A stretch of 64,000 nucleotides of DNA. Source: an uncultured candidate division Zixibacteria bacterium (lineage in GTDB: Bacteria > Zixibacteria > MSB-5A5 > UBA10806). A program made the position numbers and the translations under genes. The stretch is from positions 639,877 to 703,876 of the forward strand of contig CAWFQL010000012.1 in the NCBI GenBank assembly GCA_963817915.1, written 5' to 3'. Below are positions 20,870-31,252 of this stretch, piece after piece. A model generated the notes under the pieces. It searched no databases. It had not been told where the DNA came from and saw only the letters and a program-made list of their open reading frames with translations. How positions within the stretch are numbered: position 1 is the first letter of the stretch; each line of letters opens with the position of its first letter.

Positions 20870-22177
20870 TTAGATTTTGTTCAAAGCTTGATCCAAATCT
20901 CTAATCAAATCGTCCGCATCTTCAATTCCCAGCGAGAGTCTTATCATTGAGTCGGTCATGCCTACTTTCTGGCACATCTCCTCGGGCACCTCGGAATGAG
21001 TCATTCGTCGGGGATGCTCAATTAATGTCTCAGTGCCACCCAGGCTGACAGCCAATCTGCAGACTTCAAGGCTATTTAGCATCTTGAATGCTTCCTTCTT
21101 GCCGCCTTTTATATAAAATGAAATCAATGATCCCGGACCAGTGCATTGTTTTTTATAAATCTCAAATTGTGGATCTGGAGCTTTCAAAAGCCCCGGATAT
21201 ACAACCTTTTCGACTTTCGAATGAGCCACGAGGAATTCGGCGATCTTCATCGCGTTCTCGGCACTTTTTATCATGCGAAGTTCGATGGTCTCCAATGAAC
21301 GCGACATCATCCAGCAGCAGAATGGATCGGTAGTGGCGCCCAATACTGAACGAATAGGCTTTATCTGACCGATTAATCGTTTGCTGCCAAGAACAAACCC
21401 ACCAATCAGATCCGAATGGCCTCCGATAAACTTGGTAGCTGAATACACGACCAAATCCACTCCAAATGGGAAACAGGCTTGAAAGACAGGGCCCATAAAG
21501 GTGTTATCTACTACTACGGGAATTTTGCCATTTGTGCCTTTGAAGCCTTTTGCGATCTCTACAACGGCCTGAATATCGGTCAGCACAATTGTTGGATTGG
21601 CAGGTGTTTCAATGAAAACCATCGCCAGGTTATCTTTATAAGCCGACATGACCTTTTTATATTCGCTGGCGTTCTGGGAACACACGGGTACAGCCTTAAT
21701 ATTAAATTTCGGCAGCACTTCCTCGAAAAGATGTTCCGTGCCACCGTATACGGGCGCGGAATATACAATTACATCACCCGGTTTGAGCAATGCAAAGCAC
21801 ATCATGGCGATAGCCGACATCCCTGACGGAAACACTGCCGCCGCTTCAGCGCCGACTTCCATTACAATCATTTTGTCTTCGACGATTTCCATATTGGGAT
21901 TATTCATTCGCGAGTAAATCAGACCCTGGTCTTCGCCATCTTTCCTGTCTTCCGGATGATTTTGAAGATGGAAAAAGCGTTCGCCGTCTTCGGCGGTCTT
22001 AAATAGGAATGTTGATGTTGGGAAAATTGGGACTTTAGCGGACATTTCTGATAGTCGGGGATCATAACCTGCCGTCAATACTCTCGTGGACGGCTTACAA
22101 TGAGGCAATGCCTCTTTCCACCAATGCTTCTTGCTTTCGTCGTGCACTATTACCTCTCCATTATTAGACTCTATCAT
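20870..22177 (-). CDS. Cys/Met metabolism PLP enzyme (methionine gamma-lyase/cystathionine gamma-synthase family)
   Basis: YSR..NPN, SGMSAI, YGGT, ETPANP, VDNTF, SATKFIGGHSD, AVSLGG.E.LI.HP. Confidence 0.92.
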   Translation of the reverse strand: MIESNNGEVIVHDESKKHWWKEALPHCKPSTRVLTAGYDPRLSEMSAKVPIFPTSTFLFKTAEDGERFFHLQNHPEDRKDGEDQGLIYSRMNNPNMEIVEDKMIVMEVGAEAAAVFPSGMSAIAMMCFALLKPGDVIVYSAPVYGGTEHLFEEVLPKFNIKAVPVCSQNASEYKKVMSAYKDNLAMVFIETPANPTIVLTDIQAVVEIAKGFKGTNGKIPVVVDNTFMGPVFQACFPFGVDLVVYSATKFIGGHSDLIGGFVLGSKRLIGQIKPIRSVLGATTDPFCCWMMSRSLETIELRMIKSAENAMKIAEFLVAHSKVEKVVYPGLLKAPDPQFEIYKKQCTGPGSLISFYIKGGKKEAFKMLNSLEVCRLAVSLGGTETLIEHPRRMTHSEVPEEMCQKVGMTDSMIRLSLGIEDADDLIRDLDQALNKI

Positions 22178-22418
22178 CGATTCATTTTATCCATATTACA
22201 TTCCAACCGTCCGAATATATCAATAGGGCAATCAAATGGCAATCCCAAAGGGTGCTGGATATCGTTTTAGAATTCTATATCTTTATTGTGGAAAAATGTG
22301 GATATCGCGAAAATAATTTCATATCATATCGAACCAAGAAAATTCCCGTGAGTATAATATTTTTTTGAAGGGGAAATTATGAGCAGGATCAAAATAAAGA
22401 CAAGGAGAGCCAAATTCA

Positions 22419-23390
22419 ATGGTTGAGGCCAATGGATTATGCATGAGCTATGGCCCCGTGGTGGCCCTGGCCGACGCTTCATTCAAAGCGGTTAAGGGCC
22501 AGGTACTTGGGCTTCTCGGACCCAACGGCGCCGGGAAAACTACCACAATGAAAATTCTAACCACTCAAATGGTCCCCACTGGGGGCACCGCCATGGTAGC
22601 AGGATTTGATATTCTAAAGGACCCAATTGAGGTTCGCAGACGAGTCGGCTATCTGCCGGAAACACCTCCATTATATGGCGAGATGGAAGTATTCGAATAT
22701 CTCGAATTCGTGGGAAAGGCCAGGGGCCTGGATCAGCCGATGTTGAAGTCGCGAATTGACTACGTTGTCAATTCCTGCGGCCTGAGGTCGGTATTTAGAA
22801 CACCGGTCGGCACTCTTTCCCGGGGCTATGGCCAGAGAGTGGGATTGGCACAGGCGTTGATACACGATCCTGAGGTTCTCATTCTCGATGAACCGACATC
22901 CGGACTTGATCCTATCCAGATTATGGGAATAAGGGATCTGGTAAGGTCATTAGCCCATGACAAAACGATAATTTTCTCGACTCATATTTTGCAGGAGGTC
23001 GAGGCGATTTCTGATCGCGTTGTTATCATCAATGAAGGCGTTATCGTTGCCGACGGCACACTCGAGGAATTGGAGTCAAAAGTGACAAAGTCAAAAAGAT
23101 TCATCCTCGAAGTATCGACAAGCGCGTCGAATCTCAAGGCGGCATTGAATACATTGAAAGATCAGATTCCAGTCAATTTCAATGTGAACGAAAGAGATGG
23201 CTACTCGCAGGCCATGGTGGAAGCGGGGGCGTCGCACGATTTGGGCAAAATGCTTACAGATATGATTCATAAGAACGGCTGGCCGGTTCGTGAATTCGTT
23301 CGGGAAAAGGCGTCGCTTGAGGAAGCGTTCCGCTACTACGTAAAGACCGGCGCGTCTAAATCATCCAAGACAAACACGGCAGCGGCATAG
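22419..23390 (+). CDS. ABC transporter ATP-binding protein (GldA-like)
   Basis: GPNGAGKTT, LSRGYGQR, LILDEPTSGLDP, STHIL. Confidence 0.93.
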   Translation: MVEANGLCMSYGPVVALADASFKAVKGQVLGLLGPNGAGKTTTMKILTTQMVPTGGTAMVAGFDILKDPIEVRRRVGYLPETPPLYGEMEVFEYLEFVGKARGLDQPMLKSRIDYVVNSCGLRSVFRTPVGTLSRGYGQRVGLAQALIHDPEVLILDEPTSGLDPIQIMGIRDLVRSLAHDKTIIFSTHILQEVEAISDRVVIINEGVIVADGTLEELESKVTKSKRFILEVSTSASNLKAALNTLKDQIPVNFNVNERDGYSQAMVEAGASHDLGKMLTDMIHKNGWPVREFVREKASLEEAFRYYVKTGASKSSKTNTAAA

Positions 23391-23400
23391 GAGAGATGAT

Positions 23401-25879
23401 ATGAAAAATATAAAAACCATATTCAATCGCGAATTCTCATCATATTTCAACTCGCCGATAGCCTATATTTTCATAATTTCGATCCTGGCGGTCTGCTCGG
23501 GGCTATACATGTTCTTTTTCTTCTTCGCGGCCCAACTGGCGGAGATGAGAGACTTTTTCTCGATCAATTCCTGGCTGATGCTTTTCTTCCTGCCTGCCAT
23601 ATCGATGAGGCTTTGGGCGGAGGATCAAAAGTCAGGTTCGATCGCGCTGCTTCAATCATTGCCTATGAAGCCGTTCGAATTGGTAATCGGCAAATTCATG
23701 GCTGGTGTATCATTCTACATTTTATACCTGGTCGGCACATTGCCGATACCGATAGCCTTGATGTTTCTCGGCAAGCCCGATTTTGGCCCGATATTCGGCG
23801 GTTATCTCGGCCTCTTCTTCCTGGGCGCATTGTATACTTCCATCGGAATATTTTTCTCCGGCCTTTTTAAAGACCAGATCACCGCATGGGTAATGGCGCT
23901 CTTGGGCTGCTTATTGCTTCATCTTTTGGGCTGGCTGCCTGTCGCGGCCCAACTCGATTCCTGGATTGGCGGATTCGGCACGTTCCTCCAGCGCGCCCTG
24001 GGCTCATTGAATCATTTCGAGGATATGTATAAAGGGATTGTCGGTCTAAATGATATTATCTACTTCGGCTCGTTAATCACGGTTTTCCTTGTTCTCAATG
24101 CCCTGACTGTCGAACAGAGAATGAGACGGCAGGCCGATCTGAAATTTTTCGGTTCGGCAATAGTGATGTTAGCCGTGGCGGCCATGCTCAATCTGGTGAT
24201 ATACAGACTTCCGCTCGGAAGAATCGATACGACCGCCGGCAAAATTTATACTGTCAGCAGCGCCGCCAAGAATATTCTAAAGAATTTGAAAACGAAAGTG
24301 ACAGTCAGATATTATGTCACCCCGGAAGACAAAATGCCTCCGGGCATGAAGGATATGCAGCGGAATATCAGCGATAAGCTTTCCGAATTTTCGCAGATTT
24401 CCGATAAAGTTTAAATTCGAGGTGGTCGATCCTACCGCCAATGAGGATGTCAGCAACGCTCTTGCGCAAAAAGGCATAGCGTCATTTACACTTCGCACTC
24501 AGGAAAAGGACGCTGTCGGTATCAAGAAGGTCTTTTCTTCTATCGCTATTTCTTATCTCGATAAGCCGGACGATATTCTGCCGCAGGTCTTGCCCCAAAG
24601 CCTGCCGACATTGGAATATGATATCTGCTCCCGTATTTTCAGATTGACTCAATCGGGCACTCCAGGACTGGCAATAGTCGCCCCCTATGAACCGATGGAT
24701 CAACGGTATAACGATCCTCGGATGCGCCAGATGATGCGTCAGATGGGACAGCAGGTGCCGGAAAAGACCGATAGATTCAAGAATCTGACCGGCACTCTCC
24801 AGGAACTCGGTTATCAGGTTTCAAGAGTTGACTTGTCGTCCAAAGAGAATCTTCCCGGTAACCTCAAAACATTATTTGTCGCCGATCCCGATAATCTTTC
24901 GGACCGTCAGAAATACGAAATTGCAAAAGCGCTGGCGGAGGGTAAAAATGTGATTATTGCCGCCCAGCAATATAAATATAATTACAATCCTGTTCGCGGC
25001 GACGTCATGATCATGCCGGGAAAGAACGAAACAGGTATCAACGGCCTGCTTTCGAATTATGGAGTTTCGCTCAACGATAAAATCCTGATGGATGATCAAA
25101 ATCAAATAGTAAGCATTCAGACACAGGGATCATTAGGTGGATTTATTCCGGTGCCAATTAATGTCGACGTGCAGTCGCCGGTTCAAATTAAGGTCACGCC
25201 CGATAATATGAATGACGCCTTTGGATTTACGCAGAATCTTGGTCCAATGGTTTATCTCTGGGGTTCGGCGTTGAAAATAGATTCCACAAAGGTAAATCAA
25301 CTGGGCTTGAAATTCGCGACTTTGTTTACGTCGAGTCCGAAAACATGGGAGGTAGATTATACCGGTTCGCCTCTGGCAACCAAAACCTCGGATGGCCAAA
25401 AGATGATCGGCCGCCAGCCGTTGGGAATTATTCTTACCGGGCAATTCCCATTCCCTTATGAAAATCAGCCTGTTCCCAAATGGCAAGACCAATCCGATTC
25501 AATCCCGTCTCCCACCGAGACCCAGTCGGTTACTAAAGAGCCTGGCAGGCTAATGCTGATCGGATGCAGCGAGATATTTACAGATCAATTTATACCGGAT
25601 GCACGTTTCCAGGGTCAAAAACCCGCCCACGAGGATTTGATTTTGAAGGCAGTAGAAGGATTTACTCTAAGCGAGGATTTATTGCAGATCAGGAGCAAAT
25701 CAGTCGAACAACGTTTCCTCAAAGAAACATCGCCGGCCGCCAAGATTCTATGGCGAATATTTACTATTCTTTTAGCTCCCGCAATCATTATAGCATTCGG
25801 AATTGTCAGAATGTATATGCGGCAGGATAGAAGACAGGCATATCGAAGACTTCTGGAACAAGCGGGTGGAGGTAACTAA
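23401..25879 (+). CDS. Fused GldF/GldG-like ABC permease-auxiliary protein, split by a +1 frameshift at ~24407
   Basis: REFSSYFNSPIAY, PAISMRLWAE, RID.T..KIYT.S. Removing one A from GATAAAGTTT gives ...SDKFKFEVVDP in frame with ORF 24422-25879. Confidence 0.85.
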
Positions 25880-25880
25880 A

Positions 25881-26927
25881 ATGAAGAATAAAACCCTTGG
25901 CATATTACTGATAATACTGGTCGCCTTGACTGCCGGCTTTTTACTGCAAAAATATTTCGGGCGCGCCAGTTCCTCTGTGGAGAGTTTTTCGGAATTGAAG
26001 ATCAAGTTCGATCCGCAAAGCGTGAATACAATTCAGGTATTCAAGCAGGCCTATCCGGATTCCGGCCTTTATTTCGCCAGGAAAGATACGGGGTGGGTCA
26101 TCTCAAATGAATTCAACGCTCCCGCTAAGAATGCCGATGTTTCGAAGCTGATCGCCGAGCTCGATACTGTAACAGGATCGATCAGAGCCGAAACTCCCGA
26201 TCTCTATCCCGATTTCGATATTACCGACGAAAAGGCATTGCAGATTAAATTGCTCGATATATCAGGCTCAACCCTGGTTCATGTCTTTGTGGGTAAGGGC
26301 GGACAGAGCGGCAAGGATTGCTTCGTTAGAATCGCGGGGGATCCCAAGGTTTATCTGGCTGACAACAATTTTATCTCGCGCTTCGCGGCCTGGAACGCCG
26401 AGCCATCCAAAAGACTCCCGACCAATCGCTGGTTGGAGCTTTCCGTCTGCTCTCTGAAACGGGACGAAATCAATTCTATCAAAATTCATACTCCCAAAGC
26501 CGATTATGATTTTGTTTCGATGAAGCCCGCTCAGGCTGATAGCACATCGCCGACTCCGCCTCAAGCCACCTGGGAGCAGATAGCCCCCACTAAAGGCACT
26601 AAACTCGATGATTCTAAAATTCGCGGAATTCTCGGCGGTATTAGCGGATTGAGGGCTACAGGAGTCAGCGATCCGGCCAATAGAGATAAATTCGGATTGC
26701 CAAATTCACAGTATAATCTTTGGGCCGGCGACAGCCTCGGAAGATCAACCTTGATTAAATTCAGCGATAAGATTAATGAAGCCGAGGATCGTTATGTCGC
26801 GATCGAGGGGAATCCGAATCTTTTCATAGTCAATAAACCATCTTTCGAACGGTTTTTTGTAACTCCATTTGAGAAGCCAAAAGAGCCGGTAAAGACAAAA
26901 GAACCGATTAATTCAAAAACAAAATAG
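25881..26927 (+). CDS. DUF4340-like periplasmic accessory protein of Gld-like ABC system
   Basis: GGAGG RBS before ATG 25881; N-terminal TM helix; duplicated domain; typical position after GldG-like genes. Confidence 0.75.
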   Translation: MKNKTLGILLIILVALTAGFLLQKYFGRASSSVESFSELKIKFDPQSVNTIQVFKQAYPDSGLYFARKDTGWVISNEFNAPAKNADVSKLIAELDTVTGSIRAETPDLYPDFDITDEKALQIKLLDISGSTLVHVFVGKGGQSGKDCFVRIAGDPKVYLADNNFISRFAAWNAEPSKRLPTNRWLELSVCSLKRDEINSIKIHTPKADYDFVSMKPAQADSTSPTPPQATWEQIAPTKGTKLDDSKIRGILGGISGLRATGVSDPANRDKFGLPNSQYNLWAGDSLGRSTLIKFSDKINEAEDRYVAIEGNPNLFIVNKPSFERFFVTPFEKPKEPVKTKEPINSKTK

Positions 26928-26947
26928 TATTAATTACATTTATTAAA

Positions 26948-26982
26948 GGCGGCCGTGACCATCGTCATGGCCGTTCTTTTTT
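26948..26982 (+). terminator. Intrinsic terminator
   Basis: GGCGGCCGTGAC/GTCATGGCCGTT stem followed by CTTTTTT. Confidence 0.8.
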
Positions 26983-27016
26983 GCCCGCGGGATTTGAAAA
27001 TTGTTATCAAAATCGC

Positions 27017-27045
27017 TTGCGCCTGTAGCCACCCCATTTTATATT
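27017..27045 (+). promoter_or_regulatory. Putative promoter of the thi operon
   Basis: TTGCGC-N17-TATATT ending 6 nt before the riboswitch P1. Confidence 0.55.
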
Positions 27046-27051
27046 TCCGAT

Positions 27052-27127
27052 GTCCGTAGGGGCGGCCATTGGCCTGAGAAAGAACCCTCCGAACCTGAAA
27101 CGGGTAATTCCGGCGTAGGGAACGGAC
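27052..27127 (+). ncRNA. TPP riboswitch
   Basis: P1 GTCCGT/ACGGAC, AGGGG, CTGAGA, ACCC..GAACCTGA, GGTAAT.CC.GCGTAGGGA; upstream of thiM. Confidence 0.95.
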
Positions 27128-27197
27128 TTACGGCCACTGCAAGGGTGGTCCTATTGTCGCAATTTCCGTTACGCCGCAAAATATATATGGAGCAGCT

Positions 27198-27998
27198 ATG
27201 AAAAATCTAAATTTGGATGTTATGCTGAAGACGATCAGGCATGACCATCCGCTCATTCATAATATCACCAATTACGTCGTCATGAATTTTACCGCCAATA
27301 CTCTTCTGGCGATGGGCGCGTCACCGGTGATGGCGCATGCGCCTAATGAAGTCGAAGAGATGGTATCGCTGGCCAAGGCCCTGGTAATAAATATTGGCAC
27401 GCTGTCGGATCATTGGATCGATTCGATGATAAAGGCCGGCAAAAAAGCCAATCAACTGGCTGTGCCGATAATTCTCGATCCTGTCGGTTCCGGGGCAACC
27501 TCGCTTAGAACCAACACATTCAAGAAATTGGCGAAGGAGCTTGATATCTCCATAATCAGGGGCAACGCGTCAGAGATTCTGTCAATTGCATCTGATGATA
27601 TTAAAACCAAGGGAGTTGACACGGCTCACAATGTCGATCAAGCGACCGAAACAGCGATGAAGGAAGCTCATCAGCTTAATTCGATCGTCGTCATTACCGG
27701 GCCGATCGATTTGATTACTGACGGCAAAAGCATTATTCGCTGCAGTAACGGCCACCCGCTATTAAGTTCGATCACTGGTACCGGATGCGCCTCGACTGCG
27801 ACTATCGCGGCATTTGCGGCGGTATCTGTCAATATGATGTTTGCAGCTGCGGCAGGGCTGGCGTTTTTTGGAATGGCTGGTGAAATTGCCGCTGAAAAAG
27901 CCAAATCACCCGGATCATTTATGGCCGCATTAATCGATGCCATGTATGAGATTACTCCTGAGCAATTCGCAGACATGGCGAAGCTGGAACTATGCTGA
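27198..27998 (+). CDS. thiM: Hydroxyethylthiazole kinase
   Basis: PLIHNITNYV, GASPVMA, INIGTL, LDPVG, RGNASEI, TGTGC. Confidence 0.96.
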   Translation: MKNLNLDVMLKTIRHDHPLIHNITNYVVMNFTANTLLAMGASPVMAHAPNEVEEMVSLAKALVINIGTLSDHWIDSMIKAGKKANQLAVPIILDPVGSGATSLRTNTFKKLAKELDISIIRGNASEILSIASDDIKTKGVDTAHNVDQATETAMKEAHQLNSIVVITGPIDLITDGKSIIRCSNGHPLLSSITGTGCASTATIAAFAAVSVNMMFAAAAGLAFFGMAGEIAAEKAKSPGSFMAALIDAMYEITPEQFADMAKLELC

Positions 27999-28684
27999 TT
28001 TCAATGATAGATAAATCGAAAATCGATTACTCTCTGTATCTTGTGACCGATAGAGAATTATCTTTTGGTCGAAGTAACCTCGATATAGTTATGGCGGCAG
28101 CCAATGGCGGTGTAACGCTGGTGCAATTACGCGAGAAAAAAGCGACCACCGCCCAATTTTATGAAGAAGGCCTCAGGATAAGTGATTTTCTGAAATCGAG
28201 AAATATCCCTCTCATAATCAATGATCGAATCGATCTCGCATTGGCTCTTGACGTCGATGGTGTGCATATAGGATCAGACGATATGCCGCTCGATATTGCC
28301 AGAAAAATCCTCGGCCCCGATAAAATAATAGGCGTATCGGTGTTCACGGTTCAGGACGCGATCAACGCGGAATCCGGAGGCGCGGATTATCTTGGACTTT
28401 CACCAATATTTATTACCGCGACAAAACCTGAGCTGACCGCTCAAATTGGTATTGAGGGCATCCCGGCAATTAGTAAAGCTGTGAATATTCCGATTGTTGG
28501 AATCGGCGGGCTGAATCAAACCAATGCTTATGCGGCTATTTCAGCAGGTTTAGATGGAATCGCAGTAGTTTCGGGTATCTGCTCGCAAAAGAGTCCAACT
28601 ATGGCAGCAAAGGCAATCAAAGCCGAAATTATGCGCGCGAGAGGATTGTTTCTAAATGGTGTCGCGCATGGGGAATTGAAATGA
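27992..28684 (+). CDS. thiE: Thiamine-phosphate synthase
   Basis: LYLVTD, VQLREK, IINDRID, GVHIG..D, T.TK, VGIGG. Confidence 0.96.
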   Translation: MLISMIDKSKIDYSLYLVTDRELSFGRSNLDIVMAAANGGVTLVQLREKKATTAQFYEEGLRISDFLKSRNIPLIINDRIDLALALDVDGVHIGSDDMPLDIARKILGPDKIIGVSVFTVQDAINAESGGADYLGLSPIFITATKPELTAQIGIEGIPAISKAVNIPIVGIGGLNQTNAYAAISAGLDGIAVVSGICSQKSPTMAAKAIKAEIMRARGLFLNGVAHGELK

Positions 28685-29685
28685 AGCTGAAGGAAATTGG
28701 CGAATTCGGATTTATCGATCGTATCAAGAATGGCTGCTTTATAAGAGAGAAAAATGTCATAAAAGCTATCGGCGATGACTGTTGCGTATTTAGAACATCA
28801 TCCAATCTTGTCACTCTCCTTACGACAGATATGCTTGTGGAAAATATACATTTTCTACGCGAGCCGATGTCAACATTCAAATTGGGCCGAAAATCATTGG
28901 CGGTGAATATCTCCGATATTGCCGCAATGGGCGGTACGCCCCGCGAGGCTGTCATCTCAATTGCAATACCCGATTCAATCAACGTGGAATATCTCGATAG
29001 TCTTTATAATGGCATGAAAGCGATAGCCGGCGAATTCGATGTAAATTTGCTCGGCGGGGATACGACTGCCTCGCCCCAACATCTCGTAATCAATATCTCT
29101 CTTGTAGGCGAGATTGCCGAAGATGAAATTCTATATCGTTCAGGGGCAAAGGCGGGAGATAAAATTTTTCTGACCGGGACAATTGGCTCTTCGGCCGCCG
29201 GATTGGATTTGATTCTATCAAATCGCGAATTCGAGAAAGGCGAAGAACTGATCGAAGCGCATTTTAATCCCCTTCCTCATATAAAAGCCGGGCGGCAGAT
29301 TGCGATATCAAAATTGGCCAATTCCATGATTGATGTTTCCGACGGAGTAGCCTCCGATTTAGGGCATATATGCATTGAATCGAATCTCGGGGCGGTTATT
29401 GACGAATCCCAATTGCCAGTAACGGAATTATTTAAAAATTATTGCAAAGAATTTAATCTCGATTTTGAAAAGCTGTCATTGCATGTCGGCGAAGACTATG
29501 TACTGCTGGGAACTGTGCCGGCTGAAAATTCTGCCAAGCTCAGTGCGATTCTCAATGCAAATGGCTGCCAATTATATATTATAGGCGAAATGATTAATGG
29601 TTCGGGCATTAAAATTAAGGGCTTCGATGGCAATCTGCGTCCAATAAAGGCGAGCGGATATGATCATTTTAAAAGCGGACAATAG
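28681..29685 (+). CDS. thiL: Thiamine-monophosphate kinase
   Basis: GEFGFI, IGDDC, VNISDIAAMGG, GGDT, IDVSDG, GEDY.L. Confidence 0.96.
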   Translation: MKLKEIGEFGFIDRIKNGCFIREKNVIKAIGDDCCVFRTSSNLVTLLTTDMLVENIHFLREPMSTFKLGRKSLAVNISDIAAMGGTPREAVISIAIPDSINVEYLDSLYNGMKAIAGEFDVNLLGGDTTASPQHLVINISLVGEIAEDEILYRSGAKAGDKIFLTGTIGSSAAGLDLILSNREFEKGEELIEAHFNPLPHIKAGRQIAISKLANSMIDVSDGVASDLGHICIESNLGAVIDESQLPVTELFKNYCKEFNLDFEKLSLHVGEDYVLLGTVPAENSAKLSAILNANGCQLYIIGEMINGSGIKIKGFDGNLRPIKASGYDHFKSGQ

Positions 29686-29697
29686 GGGTATATCGAT

Positions 29698-30492
29698 ATG
29701 ATGAAAAATTGTGTCGCGCTGACAATCGCGGGCTCCGATTCCGGCGGCGGCGCTGGAATTCAAGCCGATCTAAAAACATTCTCCGCGCTGGGCGTATATG
29801 GAACAAGCGTAATTACCGCGATAACCGCACAGAATCTGAAAGGAGTCTATGCTATTCAGGCAATCGATAAAGATGTCGTGCGTGAGCAATTGAAGGCAGT
29901 TCTGAAGGGCTTTCCAGTCAAAGGAATTAAAACCGGAATGCTATATTCAAGCGAAATAATCGATACTATTGCGGAAGTCCTGGAAGATTACAAATCAATT
30001 TCACTTATCATTGACCCCGTTTTCGCGGCTACGTCTGGCAGCAAACTCATTCAGGATGACGCGATCGCATCGCTGACTGAAAAATTATTTCCTTTGGCAA
30101 GCTTGATCACCCCGAATATACCGGAAGCGGAATTTCTTACAAACCAATCCATCAGGACGGTCGATGACCTGAAAAAGGCTGCCGAAATGCTTTATAAGAA
30201 ATTCAACGTCCCATTTCTGATGAAAGGCGGCCATCTGGATGATTCCGCCGATGATGTTTTGTTTGATTCCGAAGGCATGATAGTTTTCCAGGGTAATTCG
30301 ATAAAAAATGTAAATAACCATGGTTCGGGGTGCACATTATCCTCGGCCATAGCCGCCGAATGCGCCAAGGGGAGCCAACTTAGAGATTCAGTTCGTATCG
30401 CCAAGGATTACCTCTACAATGGCCTGAAAAATAGCCATAATCTTCAAGACGGTGTAAACGTCATTGACCATTTTTGGCGCTGGTTTAGATAG
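29698..30492 (+). CDS. thiD: Hydroxymethylpyrimidine/phosphomethylpyrimidine kinase
   Basis: TIAGSDSGGGAGIQADLKT, TAQN, TPNIPEA, KGGH, HGSGCTLS. Confidence 0.97.
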   Translation: MMKNCVALTIAGSDSGGGAGIQADLKTFSALGVYGTSVITAITAQNLKGVYAIQAIDKDVVREQLKAVLKGFPVKGIKTGMLYSSEIIDTIAEVLEDYKSISLIIDPVFAATSGSKLIQDDAIASLTEKLFPLASLITPNIPEAEFLTNQSIRTVDDLKKAAEMLYKKFNVPFLMKGGHLDDSADDVLFDSEGMIVFQGNSIKNVNNHGSGCTLSSAIAAECAKGSQLRDSVRIAKDYLYNGLKNSHNLQDGVNVIDHFWRWFR

Positions 30493-30630
30493 ATTTTTTG
30501 CGATATCGGAAGCCCGAAGCCTTTTTTGGGCATTTACAAGCTACAAGTAATATTTGACCACATTTAGACGATAATATAATGGGGTAATACCTATAGTTGG
30601 CTTTTCCGGGGATTTTGAAAAGGGATATTT

Positions 30631-31128
30631 TTGATCAAAAAAGACCAGAATCAGATTTTTGAAGAGCTGTATCATCTTCAAAATTGCGAATTGGCGTTAG
30701 GTGAGTATTTCAATGAACTCGCCCGATTATATCCAGATGAAAAATGGTTTTGGGAACAGGCAGTCGGCGAGGAAGTTAATCATGCCCGGCAGGTTGGCCG
30801 TCTCATCGCCCAGGTATCATCTAATCTCAACAAATTTGCGTTCGGACGATATAGAGTGGAATTACTTAAGACATTCTTAGATGGTATTTATGCCAATGTC
30901 CAAAAAATCAGATCGAAGCAGTTGAGCCGCCCTGAGATTTTGCAGATCGCCCTGGACTACGAGACATCGTTTATAGAATCCAAACCCTATGATATTGTCA
31001 GTTCAGCTGATTCCGATTTCCTGCTTTTTAAGACGACCTTTTCTGAGGAGCTGCTGGAGCATACCAGTAAAATGAAAGCCTATATCCAGCAGAAGCTTGC
31101 GACCGCCGTCGCAGCCAATCAGCCTTAA
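30631..31128 (+). CDS. Ferritin-like (rubrerythrin-like) helical protein
   Basis: E...Y...FW.....EEVNHA and ALDYE...ELLEH di-iron-type pattern; TTG start. Confidence 0.6.
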   Translation: MIKKDQNQIFEELYHLQNCELALGEYFNELARLYPDEKWFWEQAVGEEVNHARQVGRLIAQVSSNLNKFAFGRYRVELLKTFLDGIYANVQKIRSKQLSRPEILQIALDYETSFIESKPYDIVSSADSDFLLFKTTFSEELLEHTSKMKAYIQQKLATAVAANQP

Positions 31129-31252
31129 TCAAGACCTCAATCCAATTCCACACCTCCAATTTTAAAAATCCGTTGCTAAATTCGTAATATAAGCCTACAT
31201 TATTTTAGACAATTTCATAGGGATTTTTGATGATTGTGTTAAGGAGCAATAA

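Noticed and set aside
27001..27201. 66-aa ORF upstream of thiM
   Set aside because: Coincides with the promoter and TPP riboswitch
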